The notes below the pieces were generated by a model that was given only the letters and a program-made list of their open reading frames with translations, ran no database searches and had not been told where the DNA came from. Below, piece after piece: positions 52,431-64,000 of a DNA stretch of 64,000 bases. Position numbers and translations under genes: made by a program. The stretch comes from Phoronis australis (taxonomy: Eukaryota; Animalia; Phoronida): NCBI GenBank assembly GCA_002633005.1, contig NMRA01000036.1, positions 664,440 through 728,439 on the forward strand, given 5' to 3'. Positions within the stretch are counted from its first letter, which is position 1. Each line of letters begins with the position of its first letter.

Positions 52431-53269
52431 CTTTTTTCGCTGGCTCCAAAGTTTCTCACATGCGAATTTTGTTAAGATGACCCGTATGTTCTGATAGTTT
52501 CGTTATAACATGATTTTTTCACCCAAATTCTCAACAGTTGTCATTACAAGGATCACATGAGATTGGTTTGTGGGCTTGACATAGGCATTAGCTTGTTTGG
52601 TTTTGTGACTAGTAGGCACTGGATATCAGCCTGTACTTTGCTGAGATTTTCCAGGTCTTCACTGAGAAATGCTCACAGGCATAATCATACTCTGATCCCA
52701 TTTCGCTTTCTTTTGTGAGTCTGCGGACTTTGGCATCAACCACCGAGTGTACATTCACTGCTACATTGCGTAACTGTTGGTTAATAATTAATTTTCACTG
52801 ACGGCACAGTCGGGCATGATGCCAATCAATTTATTAAGGGGCACGGCCCTCACGTAGTGAGTCTGTGCATTTGATTTTGAACCTTGTCTTCGATCATCAT
52901 TGTGCACAAAATCCTTGAAGATTTCATCTGCTGTAAATCATCACGTGTTATCACCAAATCTTAATGCTGCTTTCTAAAGCTGGCTACGTGCATTCCCTGG
53001 CGTTGTTAACTTGTTAATGCTTTCGAGCTTGTGCAGATTCTTAGCCAATTATGTCATAGCGTAGCCATTGTGAGGATTTGGATAGAGTTCTGTAATGCTA
53101 GGACCTCGCAAAAACTGAGAATTCGCGAGATTACGTGAGATGTTGCTGTGTATTTTAAATGAGAACACATGCTTTTGGCTAGATTTTAGTGAGGTCTTAG
53201 CGTAGGTCCTTGCGTTAATAAATAATCTACCCTGTTCTCGGACGATTTGTCATTCATTGAAACAATGTC

Positions 53270-53760
53270 GAGTGTGCCTGTCTGGACCTAACTTTAAAAC
53301 TTGTTACACTACTGGCATTACTATCTGGCCAATATGGTCAAAGTCTGCATGAAATGGATATATGGTCAGTTCCTCTTCGCTTAATATTTTTTGGTGACAT
53401 TCTAAAACAATCACGGCCTTGCTTTTCTTCAACACTGATTGACTGAAGGTTTAATATGCACCTCACCGCAAATTATACGTTGTCTTTTACACGACAGAAT
53501 ACCTTAACTGTACTGAACTGTTGCGTGGGGACAGTACCCAACTGTTTATATGTTATGTAAAACAACACAAGGCTGCATCTAGAGATACTATCTCACGCTG
53601 GATTAAAACCACCCTGGCAGATGCTGGAATTGGCATGACACTTCTCACTCCACATAGCACTCACATGTCATCAGTCAGTGCCTTACATAAACGCCGTACT
53701 CCATTACAAACTGCAGGCTGGTCATTTAGTATTTTCTAAATACTATACAAGGACACTGTG
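53270..53760 (+). mobile_element. DIRS-type tyrosine recombinase pseudogene fragment
   Basis: LTLKLVTLLALLSGQ...QSL, LKQSRP, QLFI..VK.HKAASRDTISRWIK..L..AGI, PHST and AGW...F.KYY are characteristic of DIRS recombinase C-termini; disrupted by stops and frameshifts. Confidence 0.85.
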
Positions 53761-54030
53761 CTTATCTAAAATTTATTGACAAATTGTGGTATTGTTGGAA
53801 AGGGGAATGACTGGGGTTTCCATTGGTATGCAACATGATTTAAATAAACCAAAAGTAATGAAAACACGGACAACTGAACACAAATTTCTAAACTTTTGTT
53901 GAGGTGTTAACATATAGTTCAGGTTGTTTTTGTTATTATAAATATAGTACACTCGAAATTGCTGACCTCTTGTAGTTTGAACCTGTGTGTGTGTTATTTT
54001 CACCTGTTCAATGCAATTTTGTTTTTATAG

Positions 54031-54144
54031 AAAGTGATGTCAGCTGAGTGCACAGACACCCGCTCAAAGGCCATGTCAATGTTGACCTTGGATGTCCTCT
54101 GTAGTTTACTCAAATATGCTCTGCATCGGATGAGACATCAGGGG
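54031..54144 (+). CDS. ZMYND8: ZMYND8 PHD-bromodomain linker exon (KVMSAECTDTRSKAMSMLTLDVLCSLLKYALHRMRHQG)
   Basis: ttttatAG acceptor and GTGAGT donor; 114 nt. Matches the ZMYND8 pattern AEC..T.SKAM.MLT...L..LLK.A. Confidence 0.95.
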
Positions 54145-54320
54145 GTGAGTATTACTTGCAGAGTGTGAGTGATTGTGTGTAGGGGAGTGAGTACTTCATG
54201 CAAGGGGTGAGTACAGTGTCTTGGGGCTCAGTACTGTGTGTAGATAGTGAGTGCTTTGTGTAAGGGGTGAGTATTTTGTATAGGGTAGGGTTGAGTACCT
54301 AATGTAGGGGGTGAGTACTG
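54140..54320. repeat. ~20-21-bp tandem repeat of the donor motif (AGGGGTGAGTA), ~9 units, starting at the exon end
   Basis: GTGAGT at 54145 (true donor), 54165, 54187, 54207, 54247, 54267 and 54311. Confidence 0.9.
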
Positions 54321-55177
54321 CGTAAAAAGGACAAGCCTGGGATTTCTTTGAGTACAGTTATTAAAACGGCTTTATATATTTTTCATGCGTTAGGAAAATA
54401 TTTTGCAATTGAGCTCGTTCTTTTTCTGAATATTTCAAATTATAACATGCTTGGTGGATCATAGGACTGGTGCTTAAAAGGAATGACCGTGCTTCACTGA
54501 GTCTTATTTCTTCAGAACTTATTACAGTTAACGCCTGTGTATGTTGGAGTTTCCATCACAGCTGGACAATCTTATCAGTCACCATCCCATGTTGGTTGAT
54601 GTGAATTCAAGACTGATGATAAATGACCATAAAGTCTGATCATCACTCTTAGCTCCATAGCATCATTCATGGAACACGTCTTCAGTTGGCATTGTTCAGT
54701 ACTAACAAATATGAATTATCACTACATATTTGTGATAAAAACACCTGAAAATCATATTTAATAATTTATATCTTATTAACCAACTGATTTTGAGTATGAG
54801 AATTGGCGATGACATTTTTCTTAATTCACAATTAAAGTTTTTATGAAAAGCATGCCTCATACTGAGTAAATGGCCAGGGATGCCAGCTCACGTCTGTTTA
54901 CAGGTTCATTAGGAATCTTAGGTCTCGCCATGCATGAAATGCGTGAGAGTCACCTAAAGTGAATTACACTTAACTGGCATTGATCCATTGTCTTCCGTGA
55001 TTAGAATTGCATAAACAAGACTTTCCCCTAGACTGCTGCTGGTGCCAGAGTGAGCTCTACTCAATAAGACCCTGGTTAGTTAGCAAAAGTAACTTCAATG
55101 CTGAAATGAGATGTAGAATCTTCATTAAAATAGCCTGTGTCATTAAAACAACAGCATGAGTATGTGTTATGTTACAG

Positions 55178-55270
55178 AGTGAGCCATTTGAGCAGCCTGT
55201 GGACTTGAATGCTATTCCATCCTACAGAGATTATGTGTTCCACCCTATGGACCTACAGACACTGGAAATG
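55178..55270 (+). CDS. ZMYND8: ZMYND8 bromodomain exon (SEPFEQPVDLNAIPSYRDYVFHPMDLQTLEM)
   Basis: tacAG acceptor and GTAAGT donor; 93 nt. Bromodomain ZA loop F..PV.....Y...HPMDL.TL. Confidence 0.96.
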
Positions 55271-55674
55271 GTAAGTGTGGTATTACAGCCTTGCCTACTC
55301 AGCATTTCTTGGAACTCCCTCTTACGGTGTTACGTTCGGTTTACCACTCTAACATGTTGTTATTGGTTGCTACCATGAGCCCGTCCGTTGTTTCGATATG
55401 CAATTCCCTAAACTTGCTTGGATTCACAATTGATTCCTCCCCCGAATTGATTCTATTTTTGGAGTTCAGAAAGTATTCCTTACTTCAATCTGTGTATGGT
55501 ATTTGCTGGTCACCGTTTTTAATCAGATCATCTTTTGTCCCCTTGTAAATCTGGACTAACAGTTTGTTGTCTATCAGTAATGTTCGGTAGTTAATTACAA
55601 TGTGTGCTGTAATGAGGCAAGTGTCGTGTCATGGGTGTAACAAAAGGTCACTCTAGTGTAACATTAGGTCAAAC

Positions 55675-55740
55675 TAGTGCAACACTAGATCTTGGTAGTG
55701 CAACACTAGATCTTAGTAGTGCAACACAAGATCAAACTGG
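55675..55740. repeat. 21-bp tandem repeat, 3 copies (TAGTGCAACACTAGATCTTGG)
   Basis: Direct reading. Confidence 0.85.
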
Positions 55741-55868
55741 TGTATGTAATCAATCACTCTCCCTTGCCACCTGTTGTTTGTATTTACTGTTTTGTCAGTG
55801 ATATTTAAGATGAGTCCAATTCTGTTACTATAGGTGAGTGATATTCTATTTACCTTTCTTCATTGTAG

Positions 55869-55956
55869 AATATCAAGAAGAAGATGTATGGATGTACAGA
55901 AGCCTTCCTTGCTGATGCCAAGTGGATACTGCATAACTGTATCATTTTCAATGGCA
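55869..55956 (+). CDS. ZMYND8: ZMYND8 bromodomain exon ([29 protein letters not shown])
   Basis: tgtAG acceptor and GTAAGT donor; 88 nt, phase 0 to 1. Nearly identical to ZMYND8 [26 protein letters not shown]. Confidence 0.97.
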
Positions 55957-57890
55957 GTAAGTACTGTCATCACTCGCATCACTTTCCACTTATTGAGCAC
56001 TCTTAAATTGTGTTTATTCGATCTTGTTTTTTACTTTTTGTGTGTGCGTGGTAAGTTAACAGCAGTTTTACTTACATGTAGATATAGCTACAGCTTCTGA
56101 TACAGGCTTAAGTCAATACTGATGTTGACATAGCTTCACAGACAGGCTGAAGTAGACAGTGTTATACAGCACACATCACGTTTTGGTCGGACCGGTCGAC
56201 TAATTTTTAGCCGACCGCCAGCTAACTGCTCTGCTGTGTCGCAACCTTTAATACCGTCCGGCCATCATCTGACCTAATTTTATTGTGGTCAACTGGTATT
56301 TTTAGACTGCAGTTCCGGTTGCGTAATAGGTGCTCAGGTTGTTCTTTCATTTGCCTGCCAATGGAGTATCCTCTCTGCACAGGTGGAATAATTCTACTGT
56401 GCCCAGCTGAAACAAAACCTATAAGTTTACGAATAAGTGCCCAATCCTAAGAAACACCCAACATGAGAACACTTTCTAAGAAATTCCAACACATGCAACG
56501 CTGTATGACCGTGACGTTAGCTTTTCCTTATGTTCACAAACATGCAGTGAACAGACCGTATAAAAAGTTGTATTTCCAGCTTTCCAGACGAATACTGTGA
56601 GTCTCATTGAACACCAAAGTATTTTCCGCACTTAAGAGTTTAAACAATAACTTCTCGTAGTACCGCGCAACACGTCTAATTCCACTGTCTAATTAGAACT
56701 GTACACAAGTGTGAAATCCAATAGAGAAGACTACAGATACTTGTATCACACTAAAATAATTTAAGGATTCTGGTCTGAGCAATGTCTTAAGAATTTATTA
56801 TGGGATGCTCAGTTTCAATTATTAGTGCATCCAAGGTCTTAAGGCAACAACGGTCAGTATGTGTGTCATTAAGAAACCTCGTGTTATGGTCTGCTGGTCT
56901 TGGACTTCTGTATGTGTTCAAGTCAGTCTTATTCGCTGAGTGTGCGACTTTGGTCCGCCACACAGGCTATTGAATATCTTAATGTTAGTGAAAGCCAGAC
57001 GAATTTTAAGATCAACATGGTAACGCTTAACAAATTTGTGGATACGCTTCTGCGCAATTGCAAAGAACTGCCGTATGTATGAGACACTGTAAACCACCAT
57101 CTCCAACTCTACCATTATTGTGTGTAGTTTATCAATCAGAGTAGCTGGAAATTGATTTTCCTGTAATACTACAAACAGATCCTTGAAACAGTTCTGAAAC
57201 TCATTCTGTGTGCGACAAATCTAGTATGCCCTTCCTATCATACTTCTGATCAGTCCCTGCAAGTCATAAAGCTGAAAAATGGACCTTTTACTTGTTTCGT
57301 TGACCTTTACATCCTGCTGGTTCTTGTACCTTCGAAAATGAGCAGTGCACCTCTGAAACATGTCAGGAAAATGAAGCTGACTGTGTACTATTTGACTATT
57401 TATTTTAATGTTTGACTGTGCTTCTACTGAAAAGGTCCGTTGAAAATTTGTTACTCATGGTAAATGTAATTCATATTGCCACTGGCCCAGAATCCATCAC
57501 TGCTGTCAGTAATTTATTGTTATTATCAAATGTTTTATGTCTAATAATTTAGACAATGGACTTTCATCTCTATAGTTCATGAGGCCCCTTTAGTCTGATC
57601 AGGACATGAAGTTATCAAGAGAAAAATAGTTTGTGCATTAATGTACAAGCTGTTAGGGAAATGACCACAGGCATAGCTTTTACTAAAAAGACATTGTCAC
57701 ATGGCCCAATACATGGCAGAGTGGTTAGAGTTACAAAATCAAATTCTACTGGCTTTCTAATTTCAAGAAGTGAAACTTTTACTGAGTTATAAGTCAGTAG
57801 TTTTATAGATGTTTGGCATTTATAGATATTTGATATGTCTAGACTTTTGAATAAGGTGCTACTAAAATTTTGCACCGAACTGCTTCTTAC

Positions 57891-59878
57891 TCGGCATTTT
57901 TTCACTCAGGGTGCACACTTTTGTTTCAGAAATGGCATTTTATAAAGTTTTAATTTCAGCTTTGAGACTTCTTTTATTGGATTCAACATGACATATGGAA
58001 TATCAGGTTAAATTTTTGTGAAGTATCATTTAGTTTTTAAGATTTGGCCTGTTGAAATAACAAAAATAAGAAATGTGGTTTACGGAGAATACATCATTGG
58101 TATCGTTACATTCATGTTGGAAAAGACTTAAATTTGGCTTAGGAACAAGCAAGTTTATTACTCTGGTAACTCATGCACTTGATCACTGAACATCAATGTA
58201 AAAAACTAGGTTCACGCCTGTGTATGCTTCGCAAGGTGTGAGTATACAAATGAAACATCGCAATTGTATTTAATCCTTAGACATACTTGGCACTTAACTA
58301 TCATCAGAGTCACATAACTGTCAAAAGGAATGTCTAATTCCATAAACTACCATCAAAGAAGTACAGGAAAACACATTTCGTTATCAGTAAACATTGTTTG
58401 CACAAATAAATCTCACATAACACAGAGGTCAGTGAGGGGCTACGGAGAATACAAAATGCTAAGGTAACTATTTGTGGGAAGAAAAATACTGGAGCAATTC
58501 AATGGAATTCATTTACTTGTCAATACTACTACTTCGGAATTACAAAAAACAGTTGTGTTTAGAAAAAGGGAGATAATACCGTCTTAATTTTCTTCACACT
58601 TGTGTAAATACAAAAATATAACATAATGGAAATTAGGACATACTCAGCTCTTAACTATCATCAGAGTCACGTCACCATCAATGGGATGCCTATTTCCATC
58701 AACTACCCTCAAAGAAATACAGGAAAGCACTTTTCATCATCAGGAAAACATTGAATGCATAAATCTCACATAACACAGAGGTCATGGAGGGGGCTACGGA
58801 GAATACGAAATATGCAGATACCTGTTTATAAGTGGATGAACACTTGAGCAATGCAATAGAATTCATTTGCTCGTTAATACCAACACTTCTGAATGACCAA
58901 AGAACATCCATGTTTTATTAATAACGAGTTTAAACTGAAAAAGTAATTTTAGCTAAACTTGCCTCAAATCCCACCCAAAAATTTTTTTTTTCAATTGTTC
59001 TTGTCTTGGAGAGATTATTTATTCCCATTTCCTCAGTACATGCGCCTAGATACAAGTTTTTTTCAAACCATGTACCTACAATTCAAAGTTGGGGGCTATG
59101 GAGAATACAGGCTGCTACGGAGAATATGAAAGACATTTTTGCTTATGATCAATTCAAATCCAGGGCTTGGTCTAATATTTTTTGTGTGCCAAAAATAGCT
59201 TCAAGATTCCCAATGTGCAGTTTCAATAAATCTTTTATTAATGGAAGAATTTAATGGAATTCAGGCATGGGTATGGAGAATACACAGTTTTTCTTAGGTG
59301 ACTGTGATATTATTTGGTTGAGGAATCCAATCACTAAGACATCTGGTTCAAATATGTGGTTTCTAACTCATATTCTACATACCATCAACCATTAAAAAAC
59401 ATAGTTCAAAACACTAGTAATGCTTTTCTTTTTCAGCCATAGCTGTAAGAGAAGGAGCACATGCGAATTTACGTGTTTTGCATAACGTTGACATCATTTT
59501 GCAAGTGTGCCTGAAAATTGTGTTTGACTTTTCAGATCCCTGCAATTTTCTGAAGACAAATAAGAAATACATGTTAGAATCATGAAAAACATTAAATTTC
59601 AATTAAATGTGTGATTTAATTAAATGCCATGTGTATTAAAAACATTTAATGTTTCATTGAAACAAAATAACAATGTATTTCTGGCTATTTTCAGCTATAT
59701 CAAGGATTACTCTGGCCATAATTAACATTTTTTCATACTTTAAAATGCGTAAATGTCATAAGTACCGGTGCTAAAACAAGATTATCATACAAATATATGC
59801 CAAAGGTGAAGGAATTCTGTCAATATGATTGCGTAACATAAAAAATCTAAATTTGCACCCTGAGTGAAAAAATGCCGA
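57891..59878. mobile_element. Same TIR element, copy B (inverted relative to copy A), in a ZMYND8 intron, with an internal ~360-bp duplication
   Basis: Same TIRs with a TA dinucleotide 1-2 nt outside each end; 58280-58560 is repeated at 58640-58930. Confidence 0.85.
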
Positions 59879-61205
59879 CGTAGTCACATCAGTCAAACAA
59901 GTTGTACTGAAAAGAAGGGACATTTTACCATCAAATAAAATACGTGAGGCTGTTATTGAACATGTGCTGTGATAATTTAGCAGTGTGCTTTGCAGCCTAT
60001 AATTGGTGCTGTTGTCATGGTGGTCTGTAATCAACTCTTAATGTAGCAGTCTTAATGATCAATGTGTATTCGTGTGATCACTATTACATCAGTATAGAAA
60101 CAGAAAATGGTCGCATACCTTAAAGCTGTCATGAAATATATTCTGTCAAAAAAATTAACTTTTGACTAAGGCCACTTACTGTGGTAAAAGTGGTTCCTAA
60201 CTTAGATTTTTACATTCGAGTGATTTCTGGGCTTTGGAATACCTGACTGTGTGATGCTGCTCGTGGTCTGTATCAGCTAAGCTTAGCTTTACCTACGCTC
60301 AATCAATACGGTAAAGCGCCACCTTTTTCTGGCACTCAAAACTGATTTCAATAGAATAAATTCATTCTTGGATGAATGTCGCAAGTCAAGATTTTTGTAG
60401 TGTCAGAACTTGATAAACCTCTAAAATTTGCCTTTTTCATTGTTGTCTGAATTTGGCGAGCTAAATCTTTTCAAATTTATGATGAAGAGTGAATTTTTTG
60501 TGCATTCAAAGTAAATAACAAAGACAACGATGATAGCAAACTGAGCAGTTTTTCATACGTTCATGATTGCTGAAACTATACATTCTAGGTCAATCGGAAT
60601 AGTTTGAGTTGTACAGTGCACGGCTAAACACACTGAATCTGAAGAAATGTATTAAACGGCGCAGTCTAGAAACCACGGGGTACCAACTCCCATCGGGTTC
60701 AAGCTTCATAGAGTAGTAATCATCCATTGAGAGTTGTGTTGTTTCAAATTTAGTGTTTCCATGTCAGAAATTCGCATTACAGAAACCCAATATTGATGAC
60801 ATTGTCCTAAATTCTTGGAGCATTGAAAAACAGTTTTGGACCTTGTACACTTTTCACAGATCATGGAAAACTCGTTGTGAAAATATTTATTTTTCCCAAA
60901 ATGGTGGGCCGTCTCAAAATGGCACAACTTTACTGTAACAAGCTTTCCATTTTTCCCAAGCCCAGACATCAGGTCTGTTTTAGATCTGTTGTCTAAATCT
61001 TTGTCAGATGGAAGTTTCATAGCATCTTTAAGCATTTCATGAGAAAGATGTGAGCTTAGTCTGTGCAAGCTTTTTTGTAATTTTCTATTGAATTAATGCT
61101 TGGCAATTGATTTGTGAAAAAGTCACTGCTGCAGTGTGCACATGAATGTCGTGGTAAGAATTCCTTAACTTCCAGATCTCATAACATGCTGTGTCCTTAT
61201 TGTAG

Positions 61206-61342
61206 CCCATCACAAACTGACAAATAGTGCCAAGATGATTGTCAAGATCTGCAGACATGAAATGAGTGAGATTGAAGTATGTCCTGACTGCTATATGAAC
61301 TCCAGTGTGAAGCGTAATGAATACTGGTTCTGTGAACCTTGT
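61206..61342 (+). CDS. ZMYND8: ZMYND8 bromodomain end and zinc-binding linker exon ([46 protein letters not shown])
   Basis: tgtAG acceptor and GTAAGT donor; 137 nt, phase 1 to 0. HKLT..AK...KIC.HEM.EIEVCP.CY and WFCEPC are conserved. Confidence 0.96.
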
Positions 61343-61374
61343 GTAAGTATCACATGATTTTATGTTTAATACAT

Positions 61375-62175
61375 AGCTGTCTGAGCCAGTTTCTTGAAAA
61401 CAGTATTGGCTGCCTGAGCCATATTCCCAGAGAACACTGTACAGACTGTCTGAACCTTATGTCTGAGTGCAGTACCAGCCGTGTGAGCCATATGCTCTGC
61501 ATACAATACCAGCTGTCTGAGCCATATCGTGTGAGATCAGTACCAACTGCTGGAACCACATGCTCTGAGTATAGGCTGTCTCAGTCATAATCACTTAATA
61601 TGCTAATGACTGTTTTCGCCATATGCCCTGAATACAGTATTCACAGTCTGAGCCATGTACCATGAGAACAATGCAGGCTGTGCCCTGAGTAAAGTACTGG
61701 TTGATTGAGCCATGTGCCCTGAGCACATAGCAGCTGGCTGAGTCACATACCCAGGCAATGATACTGACTGTCTGAGCCACATGCTCTGTGAACAATACTG
61801 ACTATCTGTGATGCATGCCAGGAGTACTGTACAGGGTGTCTGAGCCATATGCCCTGAATACAGTACTTGCTGTCTGAGCCATATGCCCTGATTACTGTAC
61901 CGACTGTGAGCCACATGCCCTGAGTACAGTACAGGCTGTCTTGAGTCATATACCCTGAGCACAGTACTTGCTGTCTGAGCCATATGCCCTGGTTACTGTG
62001 CCGACTCTCTGAGCCACATGCCCTGAGTACAGTGTACAAGATGTTTGAGCCATATGGCCTTATTACTGTACTGACTGTCTGAGTCACATGCCTTGAGTAC
62101 ACTACAGGCTTTCTGAGCCATATGTCCTGAGTATAGTACCGGGTGTCTGAGCCACATTCCCTAGTATAATACAAA
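61375..62175. repeat. ~33-bp minisatellite (TGTCTGAGCCATATGCCCTGAGTACAGTAC-like), more than 20 diverged units, starting ~30 nt after a ZMYND8 donor
   Basis: Repeated TGAGCCA(T/C)ATG(C/T)CCTGA; it generates the repetitive ORFs at 61339-62305. Confidence 0.92.
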
Positions 62176-62630
62176 CTGTCATGCCTATCTTTCGATCTGC
62201 AAAATGTGAACAAAAGCAATTGCATCTTAAAAGTATTTGATAACATTCATATTGCAGGTCAGTCCTAGAATTATTTTGACAACTAGTTTCCAACCTCTTT
62301 TTCATCCTTTCTCAAGTTGCATGCTTAGAATTGAATGCATGTGTCTATCAGAAAGCGATGATTCAACTTGCACATTGGGTACTGGTATTGTGAAAAGCTG
62401 TTAAAGTTCAGGTCTGCAATATCACATTGGGTATAGGTGGACAGAGTCACTGTCTGGCTCAGGTTAATCGCCCATTTGTGTTATTACTCATTTTCAGACT
62501 CCGTAATTTAAGTGTCAAGGCTCACTAATTTAAGTGTCCAGGCCATTAAACTTAACACTTACAGTAATACAAACACTTATTGAAAATGAGTTGCCTATCA
62601 GTGATTGATTGATTGCTGGTATATTTGTAG

Positions 62631-62746
62631 CGGAATCCCCATCCATTAGTGTGGTCTAAACTGAAGGGCTACCCATTCTGGCCAGCCAAGGCATTGAGAG
62701 AAATTGATGGACAAGTGGACGTACGCTTCTTTGGAGCTCACGATAG
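62631..62746 (+). CDS. ZMYND8: ZMYND8 PWWP exon ([38 protein letters not shown]); gene continues beyond the right edge
   Basis: ttgtAG acceptor and GTATTG donor; 116 nt. PWWP motif LVW.KLKG.PFWPAKA...RFFG.HDR. Confidence 0.97.
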
Positions 62747-63254
62747 GTATTGTAATGGTGCTGTTCATATTATTTCACCTTTAAGCCTCTTCTACTTTAC
62801 TCAATGTCTTCATTTTCATGCTCCGGCATATATAAGTGTAAACTGGTGACAGGTCTTCTTTCAAGCATTTATTTTATTTTACAGAGAATAAATGCTTTAA
62901 TGTTTTAAAAAGTTGTCTCTTTTTAGTGACTGTTATATATTAGTGTTGGACGTTCCGTGCTCAAATTAGACAGCAGGACTAGACGTCTTGCATGACATTA
63001 TGAAAAGTTATTACTGAAACTTAAGAGTGGTGAAAATAGTTTGATGTTTAATTAGACTTTCCCACAGTGTTTTGCAGACCTGTACCATATGCACAGAAAT
63101 TTGGCTTGCAGTATGCATGTACGCAAGACTAGGCAAAAATTCAAATTCACAGCAAATTATATACTGAATAGTAAGTAACGGAAGTTTTTTAAATTAGACA
63201 TTAAAAATAGATCTATTTGTATTATTTTAGCCAAAAACTTGTGCTGCAAAGTTG

Positions 63255-64000
63255 ACGAATTTTGGACGGATTCCACTACCAGAGTGTGCCCCTAGTGACA
63301 ATTTTTTGCACTTACCTCTGTATCTTCAAATGTCAATGGATTTTCATGATATTTAGCATATAGGCATCAATTAGTGAGATGATACTATCCTCTCATTTTT
63401 TGATGGATTTGAGGTATTTTGCACCACCTAGTGGCCATTTTTACTGTTTTTAGTCTGTTTTTTTTGCCTCCATGCCTCTATCAACCAAACCACTCTAAGG
63501 ATGATTGTGGAAACTGGCATATACCTGTTCTCAGTGTTAAGAGGACAGTTGACGATGATTGTCGACGACTATGACTACTGTGGTGCATCCTAGTGGCAAT
63601 TTTGCGTCCATGGCTGTATCCCTTAAACCCAGTGCAGGATCTTTATTAAATTCAGCAAGTTTATTTATATGAAGTTGATAACAGATGACTTTCAGACTCT
63701 GTGCCCCCTAGTGGCACTTTTGTTTTTTCGTTTCAGTCTGTTTCTCATAAGATCCTTGACGGATTTTTATGAAATTTAATAAATAGGTTTCTTTTAAAGA
63801 GTTGATTACATGCTCCCGTTTTGGGATGGATTCAACATATTTTGTGCCATTTAGTGATCATTTTAACTGTTTTCTAGTCTGGTTTTGGCGTCCGCCCCTC
63901 TATCAGCCAAGCCACTCTAACGATGATTGTGAAAATCAGCATATACGTTTTTAGTGTGAAGAGGATGGTGGATGATGATTTTCCGATGCCTTTGACTACT
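63255..64000 (+). mobile_element. HINE-like core-repeat array of the same family, running off the window
   Basis: Long matches to 30.7-31.6 kb (e.g. GCACCACCTAGTGGCCA, CCTCTATCAACCAAAC). Confidence 0.8.

Noticed and set aside
61339-62305. Cluster of overlapping 60-167 aa ORFs
   Set aside because: Translations of a ~33-bp intronic minisatellite with no domain signal.

Overview
Eukaryotic, AT-rich, intron-rich animal DNA. A marine invertebrate, possibly a mollusc, is inferred from composition and repeat types; the species cannot be established. Two spliced genes point away from each other. TRAM1 (translocating chain-associated membrane protein) lies on the minus strand with 6 coding exons from ATG 22450 to 419 and runs off the left edge. 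ZMYND8/PRKCBP1 (PHD-bromo-PWWP chromatin reader) lies on the plus strand with up to 9 coding exons from about 39776 to 62746 and runs off the right edge. The exons were reconstructed by hand from GT/AG sites and reading-frame phase; almost all ORFs in the supplied track are spurious. Introns and the ~17 kb between the two start codons are packed with transposons: nested CA(G/T)GG-ended elements with 5-bp target-site duplications (TSDs; hAT5-like), Helentron/DINE-1-like elements carrying CTCF-like motif arrays, Tc1/mariner-like and Harbinger-like MITEs, and decayed LINE, Penelope, DIRS and other remnants. The most unusual pattern is that diverged tandem repeats start at, or include, exon-intron boundaries at 6 of the 15 exons, leaving decoy splice sites in the flanking intron. 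I see no clear new protein-coding system.
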